The notes beneath the pieces are model-generated. The model did not search any database. It was not told the DNA's origin and saw only the letters and a program-made list of their open reading frames with translations. DNA of 64,000 bases from Chrysomallon squamiferum (taxonomy: Eukaryota > Animalia > Mollusca), in the NCBI GenBank assembly GCA_012295275.1, contig CM022675.1, positions 17,298,001-17,362,000 on the forward strand, given 5' to 3'. Below are positions 13,092-27,700 of this stretch, piece after piece. Each line of letters starts with the position of its first letter. Position 1 is the stretch's first letter. Position numbers and translations under genes: made by a program.

Positions 13092-14704
13092 AGTGTTTCT
13101 TCCACACTGAGAAAGACATCAAAAATACTGAACAGTCTGAACACTAACAAATCACTCTCTTCTCTGAAACAACATTTCCATTTTTAAATTAATATCTGTG
13201 TTTGTTTTTACAAATTATATCTGTACCTTTGGAAGTGTTTCACTTTATCTTTTTAATAATTCGTTTCAGAACTAAACAGAAATTTATTAATATATTCAAG
13301 ATGGACGATAATAAATCAAGTACGTCACAGCGGAAACTTGGAATACAGTATATTAAGTTTTAGGAAAAGGTGAGAGAAAATATTCAGTGATTTCATTACA
13401 ACTAATATTCTTTCTCTTTTCGTTTTCGTATAAAATTGTTTCAAGACGAGTCTCATGTTGTGTTCACAATCAGTGTTCAAATGTCGAAAACAAAAATAAA
13501 TATTTATAGGGTTTAAGTAGTTCTGCGTATTTCTTTTAACTATTGCATGTATTGCTTATTTCATCCAAGTATGTTGATTTTATTTAAATTTTTCTTTCTT
13601 GATAGTATTGCAGAAATAATTATATCTGAACTCCCATTTTAGAAAAATTTACAAATTATTCTATTGGGGATATTTTTTTCACATATGAAATAAATTATGA
13701 ATTGCTATGATTTATTTTTACATTAGTCTTAAAGAGTATGTATTCATGGACCTACATTTTTTGTTGTTGTCAGAATATCACTTAGAAAATGTTTTACATG
13801 GTTGCTGTGAAATCTTTTAATGATCGAACCTTGTGATAGTATTCATATTTCGTGATAAATGATGTAAATAAAGTTTTCAGTATAGATGAAATAGTTAAAT
13901 AACTCGGTATTTTAATTTATTTAATCAATTTAATTTAATTATTTGTAGGCGGTTATTTATTTATTTATTTATTTTATTTTATTTTTATTCTTTTTTTTTT
14001 TAAAATTTTTACTGACATTCTACTTAAGTTAAATAAAATAATATTATACTATTTTCATCTCTTTTAATTTTTGCATTACTTATTTACATGCAACTCACAC
14101 CTATTCACAGATACACTGAAAGATACACCTTATAAGTAGTTTATGCTTATTTATCTATTTATTATATTTATTGTTCTTAGTTTATCAACAGTATTAGTTT
14201 TACTACTTACTACAATCACTATATCACTGTCAACACCACTGCTACTACTTTCATTTCTAATTTTTCATATATTTTCAAACCCTTCATACACATACATATC
14301 TATACACATACCTAATTTAAACATACACACATCCATAAATAGAAACATCATCACATAGATACATACATATATACATACATACACCCATACACAAACGTGC
14401 ATACATATATTCGTACATACATGCATATATACGAGCGTACATATGATTAGAGACACACAAACAACAGACAAACTTACATATACAAATATGCACATACACT
14501 GAACTTTGTCCTTCTGTGTCGGTGAGTTCCTGAATATTGTCTATATGCAGGGTCTAATCAGATAAGAATATTCTAATTTTATAATACATACTTGCCAGTG
14601 CCACAAAAATAGATGAAAAAAATGAGAAAGACATAGAACGGCGTATTTCCTGGGAAGCGATGATTACCCTCGTTATTCAGTAACCTTTTTTTAAATGATT
14701 ATCT

Positions 14705-14850
14705 TATTGGTTGAACGGTAACGACGACTGCATTCGGAGTGTGGACGAATGGGTGCCACACGTTCGAGTCTCGTCGGCAGCACTGACGAGTTTTGTGAGG
14801 TCGTGATTGGACTTTGTCCCGCTGTCCCAGTGCGTTCCCGAACTTAGTCT
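14705..14850 (+). mobile_element. Probable tRNA-derived SINE head
   Basis: GC-richer island in AT-rich DNA, with A-box-like TGGTTGAACGGTA (~14708) and B-box-like GTTCGAGTC (14762-14770) at tRNA-like spacing. I could not fold a clean cloverleaf. Confidence 0.45.
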
Positions 14851-17800
14851 ATGTATATAGTTTATATACAAACATACATAAGACAGAGAATAGTAAAATA
14901 GTAAAATACATACATACATACATGTACACTTGTAGAAATGTGTTGGTATATGACAGCATAAATGCATACAGCAGCAGCACCCAGTTCAATTATCGAGAAC
15001 AAATCAAATTAAAATGTGAAATATTTGTTTACTTCCAAGTAGACACAGTGCATGATTATAAAAAAAGCGTGATTTTTTTTTCTTTTTCAAAACAGGAATT
15101 AGTGAAAAGATAATTATTATCAGTCAAAATATTATTAATATATTAATAATAATTTTCAAAAAAATCAATCGCTAGTGTTTTATTAATTTAACACAGCAGT
15201 ACCGTTAGTGACGAATTTCGATACTGGCAGTCACAAGACCCAGAGCTATGATAAAATCTCCGTTTGACATTTTCATTAGTCTAACACGATGCCTGGTTAT
15301 CGTCAAGTTTACCACAGTTCAGATTACATAATGATAGAACCCCACTCACCTCCAAAAAATGAAAATGTTAATCCAAAAACTAATGTAAAATAACGTTTAA
15401 AGTTCTATTAACACATATTGCTTTCCTTAACAAAAAGTTATCTGATGATAATATATATGCATATTTACACTGATACGAAACACACTTCCATGATTGTTTC
15501 GCTTTGTTGTTTACCCAAAGGTCTTTTTTTTATATATACATTTTTGCGGCAACAGAAAGACACTTAACATACTTTTTAATAAAACTTTCACAGAGCAGTA
15601 GCTTTATTCTGTAAAATTATAGTTGTATATGCTGAAATTAATAGATTACCAGAAACAAATTCAAAAACAAAACAAAACAAAAAAGAAGAAGAAAAACGGC
15701 TCTTGCTTTAGCGTCAGTGACAATATAATATTTAACTGACCAAACAGAATGTGCTCTGTTAGCTCTGATCATATTTTGATTTTTCCACCAATCCGAATAG
15801 CTTCCATTAGTTTCTCCGTGTTCTTCGCAAATAATTCACTGAACAGATATCCATCGGATTGGTTTTATTTTGAAATAAATACTAAAACGTAAAAATGAAT
15901 TTCAATTTTGTTTTCTGTAATTTTATTTGTTTGTTGATTTTGTTTAAAACATTCTAAAAATAAGAAATATCTTTGTAAAATATTAGTGTAGTATACGCAA
16001 AGTTCACTCTAATTTTCAGTAGCTGGTAGTTGTGCAAAATTGTTTCCCATTACAAAAGTACTTGTATATTCTCATTAAATGCTTGTGTAAATGCAAACTG
16101 AAATTGTTTCACAATAGTTTTGGCACATCTTCTCTCATTCTCTCTTGACTAGTAAAACTCTATTGATATGTTTAAAAAAAATCAAATTATACAATATGTA
16201 GAGTTATTTATTTAGCTTAGAATTTGTACTGCACTTAGAAAAACTTAAATTTCTTTGTTCAGTTTTTTGTTCTCTTTAAGTAAAAAAAAGTCAATGATTA
16301 TTTGTTATTTTTAATCTGATACAATGTCCAATTAAAACAACAGTAATAACCAAACTAAAGAGCCGTTTATACCTTCTTCTTTTTTTCCTTAACATTCTTC
16401 ATTATCAAAGTCAATTTGTTCAAATAATGGTTGTTAAACCAGATTTAACTTATTTCTGTGTATATGTTACATAACACCACAATTACGTGGACATAAGAAA
16501 ATAACAACTGTTTTATTTGTATCATTATATAATGACAAGTAGGCGACTTTAAAACTAATTACTTTGTAATCTCCATACAAGCGTGACAGTTTGCACAATT
16601 AACACACCACTGGATCCATGCGCCGTTTCTTTCTTCTGTTTTCAGTTCGGGTACTGAGTAAACAGAAGTATTTTGTTAAATACCTTAGCTGTCACTCACC
16701 AATAACTTACTGGTGTAACTCTGACATTATATTTTGTTCCTTTCATGGCAAAATATGTTTACCTTTCTCCGTTTGATAAGCTGTTGAAGATTTTCTGAGG
16801 TTTATTTCAAGTTAGCTATAGTATTTTTCTATAATCAGTTGCAAAATAACCTAAACCATGTTAATGTCATGCGATTAAATGGTAATATTAAAATAAACGT
16901 GAGATTACTTTTTATCTATAACTTTTATTAAGATAAATTATTGTCAAATATTATTTTGTGTGAGTTTGCGAAAATGAACACCACATATATATTTGCATCT
17001 TATTTTGTTATGTATTTTAAGAAATAGGTGTACTTAATGTATCTGCAAAGTTTATAATCATTGTACATTTTCTTTGATGCAGATATAGTATCCATCATAT
17101 CTCTGTTACATACAGCTGGGGTGTTATGCATTTACACATATTTTTATGTGTTAAATATTTATTATAGGAAACATGCATTTCACATAATTGAATATTATCT
17201 GTATGCATATATTATCCAAACACTAAAAACATTTAGAAGTAATATTATGTTTTGTTATTTTTGTTATATATGTATCATATATGTTGAGTATATTACGTTA
17301 TGTATGTTATATGTATTACGTTATATGTGTTTTGTTATTATTATAATATGCGTATTATGTATGTTTAGTTATTATTACTAAGTTATGTTATGTGTACGAG
17401 TATGTGTGTCTATGTATGTATATTATGCATATTATGCATGCAAAATAAACAAGATTAATCCCCCTAAAAAACCCACTAAAATAATAAAGTAATCTACAAT
17501 TGTATTGAATAATTAAAATTAAAATATATTATTAATATGGTGATATATAAAGTTTTTTTATTTATGATATAATGGAATATCGAAGACATATTTAGAAATC
17601 CTACCTCTCTTTTCGTGAAAATAAGAACCGGAGAGATTTCAACCTCTTTTCTGCAGTTTATTTTTTTCCAAAAATCTATTAACCTTTTGAAATAATTCAT
17701 TTGAATCAAAATCGAAATTTACGTTTGAATAATATATATATTTTTTTTTTTTTTTTTTTTTTTTTTACGGGTGTGTTACTTTCGGCAGCAGATATAAATT

Positions 17801-17831
<31 letters not shown>

Positions 17832-19500
17832 TTTTGCAAATAATCATTTATTCAGCTAGTGGCTTTTTCACACAGAGTGTTTCAGTTTCAAACACTGTCG
17901 CTTACGTACACTCTCATACATTTTGTCGCACACATTCTATCTCAGTAATGAAATAATTACTATGTTATCTGTGTCATTATTATCGTTAATGAAATTTCGA
18001 CAGTTTTAACTGAACATAAATTCTCAAAGTCAATAAACCTCTATCAAATCCGTCTTCCATGTCAAAATTTCAGTTTCGTGACATTTACTGCTCCTTATCA
18101 AAGTGAGTTCAGATCAATCAGTGGAGTCAACCAAATTAATGTGTTCATTTACATCACTGCATAATCAGTTTGTATGTGAACTTTCAAAATTTAATATCAC
18201 GTTTCATATCTGATCTATGAAAAATGCATCTACAATAATGTCGAACTGCATAATAGCAAAAACAATCAAACAAACAAACCAAAACATAGAACAGCAAACA
18301 AACAATAGAATAAATAAAGACATTAAAAATCTTGCACTGTTTTTTGTCTTGGTAAAGTTAAATGGTGTTGTTAAAGAAGCGAACTAATTTTTGTGAATAG
18401 AAACAAGTTTAATGTTTTACAATTTAAACTGAACAAAAAACCTGAGATGATCTGAATACAAGCAAAAGCAATATTACAAAAACAAAATACATTTTTTTTT
18501 TGTTCTCTTATTTTAATTTTATTTTTTTTCATTTTATTTTTGCTTATTTTGTTGTTGTTATTTGGTTTCTTTCGGCCTCTTTGGTTTGTTTAGACTTGTT
18601 GTTGTTGATGATTTGTTTTTTGGAGTTTATTATTATTATTATTTGTCTTTTAAAAGAAAAAATTATTTGTTCTTTATTCTTTATTTTATTTTATTATTAT
18701 TATTTTTAAATTAGGTTCATTATTTGTCTGTTAATTTTAATGTTATTATAAAGATTAATGACTAGTACTAAATTAAGAATCTCATGAAATGTTTTTCGTA
18801 GCATTTCTCTGTATTTCAAACAGTTTGTTTTTACAAATTTTCTATCGTGGTCTTCACCTAACTATTTTACCAAATATTCTTCTGCAGGTCTTTATGCTAT
18901 GCTCTACATATAATAAATAAAGATTAATTTTTGATTTCTGATTCAAGGAATATAACTGTAGGGGATATATAATTAAACAGTCTGAGAACATAGCAGGCGT
19001 TTTAATATGGTAGTAATAAACCAATTATTCTTGAAGAAATTTCGACTTACATTACAAGATAAATTGTTCATGGAGCATAGAAACGATTATTTTAAATGTA
19101 ATTATGTTAAGCATCGGTATTGAATATGCTATTTCCCATTAAACTTCAATACAACTGTCTAATCTGTTTTATATTAAACAGTTTTTAATTCAAACAGTCG
19201 GAAGCAATAACAACATGCAGTATGAATGACAGGATTAAATGTTAAAGTAAGCATGTAATTTGTATGCATATTTTGCTAATACAAACTCCTGTAATGTTAT
19301 TGATAAGGGTCAGCCGGAAACAGAAAGGACAACATGGTACTTCTGTGTGCGATCAATCAATCTGCTTTTCGTGGTCAGATGACTAGTGGCACACCTAGTG
19401 GATCCTAGCTTAATGACTACAGCTGCGTATGTCACTGACATTTACTCGCCAGGTTCGGTCTAAGAAACATCTATAACAAAATTCAGATTAAAATTTTACC

Positions 19501-20328
19501 ATGGCAAAATTTTCTGTTTTTCTCATCGTTTTGTCCATCACAGCCCACAACGCTACAGCACAGTGGAACTGGGGAAATAGAATTAGCAACGCTGCACTTC
19601 AAGCAAATGTTCCAGTTCGAACAACGAGCAATTTTCCAGCATCTAACATTTACCCTAATGCTGCTGCAGCAATGTTACTGAATAATCGTGGAAGACAACA
19701 GCGACCCACGTATCTCACTTGCATTGGTCGAAATACAAATGGCGACGAAATGAGGACTTCATTTTTCTATGAACAGAGAAATGCCAATCAGTGGAATAAT
19801 GTATGGAGCAGCAGATATGTGCCACAGACCCTAAGAATGTTCAGTCTTGTTTCTACAAATGTCAACTCTCAGCTTCATGGTGAATTCCAGCATGTCATAA
19901 CGGAATACTCGCGAGTTGAAGATGGTTGTCTCAGTCAAGCTTTGGGAGACATTCTCACCGATAGATCCTGGTGGGGACAGAACCGAGTCAGGGGAATCAT
20001 TGGAACTAGGATCACAGTTTATCAAGGACAAAGTGCACGTTCTAAAGAAGTCATAGACGGTCTTCAGCTGAATGAATTAATAGGCCGTGGTCTTGCACTC
20101 TGTCCCGTCAATCAGCTGATTGGATCCACATGCAGAGATCTCATTCCACTATGCTGCAAGATTGGAATAGATAGTCAAACTGCCAGTCCACAAAACGCAG
20201 GTCAGGTTAATCGTGGGCAGCAGCAATTTGGTCAGTTCGGAATGCAGAATGGTGTAAACAAAGGCGTTATGTCACAGTCTTCCGCACTGAATATGAATGG
20301 TGGAAATTTACTGCTGGGGCGGAAATAA
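19501..20328 (+). CDS. Secreted protein, paralog 2 of 11925-13091 (275 aa), lacking the GQNPMM repeats
   Basis: Signal peptide MAKFSVFLIVLSITAHNATA-Q. Shared core LTCIGRNTNGDE...GEFQHVITE.SRVEDGCLSQALG.ILTDRSWWGQNRVRGIIG...LIGRGLALCPV.QL.GSTCRDLIPLCCKIGIDSQ, with many synonymous differences from paralog 1. Confidence 0.9.
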   Translation: MAKFSVFLIVLSITAHNATAQWNWGNRISNAALQANVPVRTTSNFPASNIYPNAAAAMLLNNRGRQQRPTYLTCIGRNTNGDEMRTSFFYEQRNANQWNNVWSSRYVPQTLRMFSLVSTNVNSQLHGEFQHVITEYSRVEDGCLSQALGDILTDRSWWGQNRVRGIIGTRITVYQGQSARSKEVIDGLQLNELIGRGLALCPVNQLIGSTCRDLIPLCCKIGIDSQTASPQNAGQVNRGQQQFGQFGMQNGVNKGVMSQSSALNMNGGNLLLGRK

Positions 20329-21139
20329 GTTTTAATTAACATTAATCCAGATGGACATTTTTTAATACTGTTAAAGTATTATTTTTTCGCATCTAATTGT
20401 TCTTTATCAGTAATTTTATATAACTTCTAAACTTTCGAAAGGGCTGAACTTAACAATGACCGGTATTCACCAGAGCGCTAAAAATCAATTTTGTCTGAAA
20501 TTTCTAAATTTCGTAACGATTAACCTTTTTTTCAGCAACAATCAGAGAGTGGGGCATTTCATAGTAGTATTGTCATTCCTTTTTTTAAATTTTTTAACTG
20601 ATAAATTTACAACAAAAAGAAATTTACAAACAATAAAAAGTAATTTTAAGCAATTTTTTTTTGAATGTCTCTGTGAGCTTATTTTATATACTGTAGTATT
20701 AGTTTTTTCAATTGTTTAACAATTGTTTCTGGATCATTATAACATTTTTACTTGGGTAATATCGATATTTGGTGAATTTCTATGAAATATTATGCATATA
20801 AGAAAATACAAAGCTCTCAAATATTAAATTACGGTGTAGAAAAACGCCAACATTTTGTGACTGACACTTCATTTAATTTTACTTACCATAGTTACTAATT
20901 ATGTACTGGAAAGTTTAGCAACAGTGTTAAACTACATACAGACAAAATGCTTTTATTTTCAAACAACATTTACAAAATATATTGTGCATTCATCAAGAAA
21001 TAAAATACTATGAAAAACTGAGAAGTTTTGTTTTTATTTCCATAAAATTGATTACAAAATATTTAAATTAGGTATTTTATCTCATTTTAATTAATTTATT
21101 ATTATTACGCTGCTTCTGTTATTGTAATTGCTGGTGATA

Positions 21140-21221
<82 letters not shown>

Positions 21222-21522
21222 ATTGACAAAGAAGAAAGCAAAAAAGGTAACAAAAGAATGAATATAACAGTGTCCTGAACACAGATTATCGAAGTTGTGA
21301 AATTTAAATGCTCCTTACCCTAGTGTGAATACTCGATGTCAGTTATTTCCTGGTGTCAGTTGTTTTGATTTATATGACAGCCTCAGGTTTAAGAAAATAA
21401 TGAGATGAAGTGAAAAGTCTGGACACCTCCTAGAGGCAGTGACCACACACGGTCAACAGAGCGTACTTCATAAATTTATTTCCTTCATTATAACATACAC
21501 AAAATATAATTGTAAGCTTGAG

Positions 21523-21558
<36 letters not shown>

Positions 21559-21577
21559 TGACTATTTCTTTGTCAAT

Positions 21578-21625
<48 letters not shown>

Positions 21626-22159
21626 ATTATCACCAGCAAACACACGCAGTATATAAGAAATACAACAACCGTATTTCATCTTTATTAAAGGTGGTTTTGG
21701 GCTACACACGAATACTGACAGAATTTGCGATAAAGACAAGGTGTTTGTTTTAATTTTAAGAAGGTCTTCACGAAATATTAATTGAATTTTGATGGAGAAC
21801 TTATGTATTTTGAGGTTATTGTGAAATAAATATCTTAAAATTAATGAAACTTTAGCATTTTTTAAAATTAAGCTAGTCATTTCTGTTATCCGGATATGCG
21901 TGAATTGAATGTCCACAAAATGTGTTGAAATATTGAAACGTTATCTTTTCCATATATTTTTCAATTACTTTTTATTCCATTTGTTAGTTTTAAACATTTG
22001 TATAAGTATGTTGTAAATCACAAGCTACTATAGAATTTTGAAAGGATTTAATCCTGCAACTTATTCTTGCTTAGTCCTGCACTTTACCCACTCTTTTACC
22101 AGTATAATGAGTAAATGTAAGTAACAGTAATAAAAAGAGTAGTTTTACTAATGAAAAGT

Positions 22160-22229
<70 letters not shown>

Positions 22230-22378
22230 TAATAAAGAAGAAAAAGAAGAGCTACAACAAAGACAATACAACAACTCTGAATTTTAAATAGACATATGAT
22301 TTATTACCTGACTAGTATTAAGTCTGTTTTATGACTGTTTACAACAAGCAAAGAAACAAGTATTTATACTGTGGTGGT

Positions 22379-23192
22379 TTAACGTCTACGTCTCACACTG
22401 TATGCCTCAGCTGCTAGATTCTCTGCTACATCCGAGCAGTGACAGGAAGTTGGAACTCGAACCTGCAACACAAGAAAATAACTTAATATCAAGATGGTTT
22501 CTATAAACAGCTAAATTCAGTAGGATTATTTTTATGCAATACATAAGCAACATGAGATTGTATTGTGAACTGAAAAATTGAGATTTTATTATGCATTGGA
22601 AAAATAAGATTTTATTCTATTAAGAAACTGAGGAGAATAACATTATATTTAGATTATATATTTGGTGTGAAGAAATTGTATTATATTTTGTATTAGGAGA
22701 ACCAGATACCAAATGCTGTGTTAGGAAATCAGTAACAAAACAATGTTAGAAAACTCAGTTTACTGTGTGTAAATAATTAAAATTGTATTCTGTATTAAGA
22801 AATCTCTGTAATAAAAAAATTAAAACTATTACATATTCAGCATTATCTAAAAATACTGAAATCAGAAATTGAATTCACCTTGATCTTCTTAGTTTCAATT
22901 CCTCCTTTTCCATCTGGGCACCGGATTTCTACAGTTCTGTCAATGAACGTTTTTGTGTGGCAGCAGTCGTCAGAGTTGCTACCACATGTTCCTTTCTTAC
23001 ATGATATGAAACTGAAACCTGAAACAAACACATATATATGTAAAAGCATTTAAAAGTGTGAAGAAGCAGAGGAAAAACTACAGTAGTAACAAAACATACC
23101 GATATCGCAGTCACCGTGTTCAGTCTTCAGAATGAAGTGCTTGCCATCAGGTCTGAAAGGTCCCTTGTCACAGACACCACCCACAGGATATT
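22379..23192 (-). CDS. C-terminal cystine-knot-like domain and stop (last 3 exons of the giant gene)
   Basis: VC...DC...SCKKGTC...DCC...VEIRCPDG...VRVPTSCHC matches the CTCK pattern of mucins and VWF. TAA is at 22379-22381 and a minus-strand AATAAA lies at 22300-22305. Confidence 0.75.
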
Positions 23193-24690
23193 CTGAAAAT
23201 TAGAAAACTTCTTTACAAATAAATATGTTTAAACATGTTCACAAATAAATTTAAAATGTATTTACAGACATAAATTTAAATAGTTTTACACAAATAAACT
23301 GAAAACAACTTTATATTTATGTAAAATGTGTACATATTTATATGTGTATTCATGTGTATATTCATGTGTATAACTAGGCACAAACTGTTATTAAAAATGT
23401 ATCACAACTTGTATTCCAGTGGTTTTCATACACTGACACAGAAAAAGGATATTAGAAAACAGAAATCTCACCAGCTTCTGGTTCCTTCGGCTCTGGTTTG
23501 TCTTCTGGTGGCGTTGAGCTGGCTGGAGCTGTCTGACCAGTTTCATTCTTGGGTGGTTCTTTTAAAAGACAGATTAAGTTAGAATTAATATATTTTACAT
23601 TTTAATTAGTGATGCAAACTGTGCACCTCATATTTGTTAAAAAGAAATTATGTTCACCACTTTTTATTTTAATTTTAACTGTATCAAAAATTTCTTATAT
23701 TAAATTATTTTTTTATTCTGTCAAATATTTATTTTTAAGTGTTGTAATAAATTTAACTTTTCATTAAACTGTGATGCTTTGTGATAACAAAACCTTTTCT
23801 GACTAATTATTCCATATATTTAAGAATTTGAGTATTTTTATATCATTAAGCATTATGTAAATTAGTTTGTCCTAAAACTGGAAAAAGGTAAACAGACCAT
23901 ATTCACGAGTTATGCAGCTCTAAAAGTCTGTAGTCATTATGTATTGGTAAAGTTTTGTGTAAATTGCGTATTTCAAAGATTACCTGGAGGTTTGGTAGCA
24001 TCAGAGTCTTTACATGGGTTACATTGGATGTATTTAACAACATCGTCAAAAGCTGGTTTTGGAGCATCTTCTCTTAGCAGTGTGTATGTCCTTCCCAGTT
24101 CCTGTTGACCACTCTGCAGGGCACACCATGGTGAATCAGTAATACGTTTGCATTTAAATTTTGGTTTCCATGGTCCAAATTTAACACCAGCTGAATATAA
24201 AAATAAATAAAAATTGCACTAAGTAGAAAAAAGGTATTTTAGAAAAAAAATAATTTTATATCAGAAAATTATAAGGAATGGCATTATAATATAATGACAG
24301 ACACATGTTAGATAATGCATAGAATGGTATAAATACAGTAACAAAAAATTAGTGTTTTATTTGGAGTGGTATAAATATATTAATGGATGTATCTTGTATA
24401 TACATACATTTCCGTAACATCTTCTATACTTAGTGACACATATCTTGTAATAAATTCATAATTTATGTAATACATAGAGTGATATATATCTTGTATAATA
24501 TGTGGAGTGGTATAAAATATATTATGTATAACTGATGGTTTGGCATAACCAGTATATATCCAGTATAACAGATTGTGTGGTACAGCAAATATATCTTGTA
24601 TAATATATGGAATATCTTGGGTAATATTTATAGTGTTATAACATATATCTTTCATACATTTTGTATAATAATGGAATGATTGACATATAT

Positions 24691-24748
<58 letters not shown>

Positions 24749-27700
24749 TGTATATCATACATACATGGTGTTGTGGTTGGAGCATTGCAAGCTCCTTCCG
24801 ATGTCTCAGGATATGTGTCAGGTGGACTTGGAGGTGATCTGCCAAGACATTTGGAAGCTCTGAATTCACAGATACTAGGCCATGTTTTAGATGTTCCCAC
24901 TTCACATATCGGTGCTGGAAAAAATAACATAAGAAAATGATGTGATAAACACCTATGAAGTTAAAATCACGCTCAGACAGAGTAACCCAGAAAAGATTCC
25001 TTTCATGTAAACCAGTGATTCTCAACCGCCGAAACTTTGTGACGAACACCTGAAAACACGGACAATGTGCATAAATCTCCATTTCATGTTCTACTAATAT
25101 GCCTTGGAGGAAGGAACTTCCTTTTTCCAGTGAATATGCACACATTCAAAGTCCACCAATCAGTGGCCGCCACCAACCTTTGCACCTTTCGCTCAAGGTC
25201 GACCAGTTGCCCATGAGACGTCAGTGTGATAGGTTGTGTGTGTGGTGTTGTTCCGCACTGGTCGTGTGTGCGCGTGCATAATGCCGATTGCCGAATTAAC
25301 TTCGCTGTGTTTTAAATTATTGTCATTCTTAAACACTTATTAGTAAAGAGATGTAGCTAACTAGGTGTATTTAGTTAAGAAATTATGCTAGTTAGAACAG
25401 ACTTTGCAAATCTGTCGTCTCGGCAAATCTGTTCAGTTAACAGTGTTTACTATTTACTTACATCGAATTCAATCGTACTGCACACTCAATTTTGACGTCT
25501 AAATTACAGATGAATTTAAACTAAATTAGCTTGTAACTAATCATAACTAGAACTGAACGCTGTTTTCTGTGCTTGCATATTTTTCAATTTGTTTAGCTCA
25601 GAATCAGTGTTGTTCACGCACTTTCAAACTATTGTTTTTAGCTCGCAATACTTGAGTTAAATCATATGGTGAATTAATTAAATAAGGATATTCAGTTTTT
25701 GTTATTGCATTGGTAGAATAAAGGTTAGTTTTTACCATATATTTCAGAAGGTGATTGAGTGAAAAAAATTTGAACACTACTTAATGTTCCAGTTTGACAC
25801 AGGATGTTGACCGTTGACACGCGGATCAGTTTAACACTGCCTTTTGTTTACTATTATTGGTTAGAGTACGCGCGTGTTAACTGCTTATGAATACCCCTTC
25901 ACAATGGATAAATTTGTTAAAAGGAAGGATGTTAGTGACGGGTGTGAGGTTGAAACAGAACATACAATGAAGCCCACAAAATCCAGCACAAAAAAGGCAA
26001 AAGTTCACCATAATAGACGGTATTGTGATGATTATTTGAAGTTTGGATTTTCTTGGTCAGGAGATGTTGCTCAACCACGTCCATTATGTATAGTTTGTGG
26101 TGAAAAAATGGCCAATGAATCCATGATACCAAATAAATTACAAAGACATTTCACGACTAAACATTCCTACCTACAAGATAAAGATCTTAATTATTTTCAA
26201 AGACTGTTACAACAGCAATCAAAGCAATGCAATGTTTTTCAGAAAACAATGACCGTGTCTGAACGGGCTCAACTAGCTTCAATTGAGTCAGTTATCCTTC
26301 CTGCTTGTAAAAAGATGGTGAAATCCATGTTAGGCGAAACAGCTGAAAAAGAAATTAGTAAAATTCCGCTTTCAAATGATACAATACACAGGAGAATTGT
26401 AGATTTATCTGTAAACATTGAAACTAATGTTCAGAAAAAACTTGAAGGATCTAAATTTGCTTTAATAGTTGATGAATCGACCGATATCAGTAACAGTGCT
26501 CAATTGCTTGTATTTGTTCGTTTCATTAATGACAATGAAATAATCAATCAGTTTTTGTGTTGTAAAGAAAGGCCAACCACTACTAGAGGTCAAGATATTT
26601 TTGATATGATAACCGGCTATCATAAAAAAATGAATTTGACGTGGAAGTTTTGTGTTGGTATTTGTATTGATGGTGCACCATGTACGGTAGGCTGCATTAA
26701 AGATTTTGCAACACTAGCACAGAAAGAAAATCCAAATCTTGTTTGTACTCATTGCTTTTTACATAGAGAAGTTTTAGTTTCAAAAGTATCACAAGAAGAT
26801 TTGAAGCAAGTGTTACATCAAGTAGTTGAAATTGTCAATTCTCAACATGTTCGCTTACTCATGCATACCGACGTTCGATGGCTGTCAAAAGGTAAAGTGT
26901 TAACTCGCGTTCATGAATTACAGAAGGAATTAATAGTATTTTTTGATAAAGAAAAGCACGAAAGATTTTGTAAATATCTTCGATGTGAATTTTGGATTGC
27001 CAAAATGGAATATTTAACAGAAATATTTTGTCAACTTAATATTGTGAACAGTAGTATGCAAGGTCGAAATGAAAATATTCTAACTTCGACAGATAAATTG
27101 GTTGCCCTTAAAAAGAAAGTTGTTATTTGGAAAAACAGAGCAAAGTTGGGTGAGTTTGATATGTTTCCTACAATGCGTACTAACTGCACTAAAGAAATGA
27201 TCCCTATCGTGGTTGAGCATCTAACAGCGCTCGAAGAAAACATCGACCACTACTTTCCGTCGCTGAACACTGAGAAGTACGACTGGGTTCGTAATCCTTT
27301 TGTAGATGTTCCTTCTAATATTGGGTTTAAATTATGCGAAGAAGAAGACTTGGCTACCATTTCAAGTGACTGCAGTCTTAAAATAAAGCATTCTGAGGTA
27401 GATATCGACACATTTTGGATTTCAATACAAAAGGAATTTCCCGCATTAGCTGAAAAAGCCCTGTTAGTTCTTTTACAATTCTCTACTCCTTATTTGTGTG
27501 AATTGGGCTTTTCAACCTTAAATAATATAAAAAATAAGAAGAGAGAAAGACTATGTTCCACTGAAGAAGAAATGAGAGTTTGCTTATCGCACATACGATT
27601 AAATATTCAAGAAGTCATAAGACAACACCAGGCACAAGTTTCACACTAGGTAAGTGGCAATTCTGGGATACTAACATAATAAACTGTATCAGACAAGTCC

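Noticed and set aside
14705-14785. Functional tRNA gene
   Set aside because: A- and B-box-like motifs are present but I could not form consistent acceptor and anticodon stems; it is treated as SINE-like.
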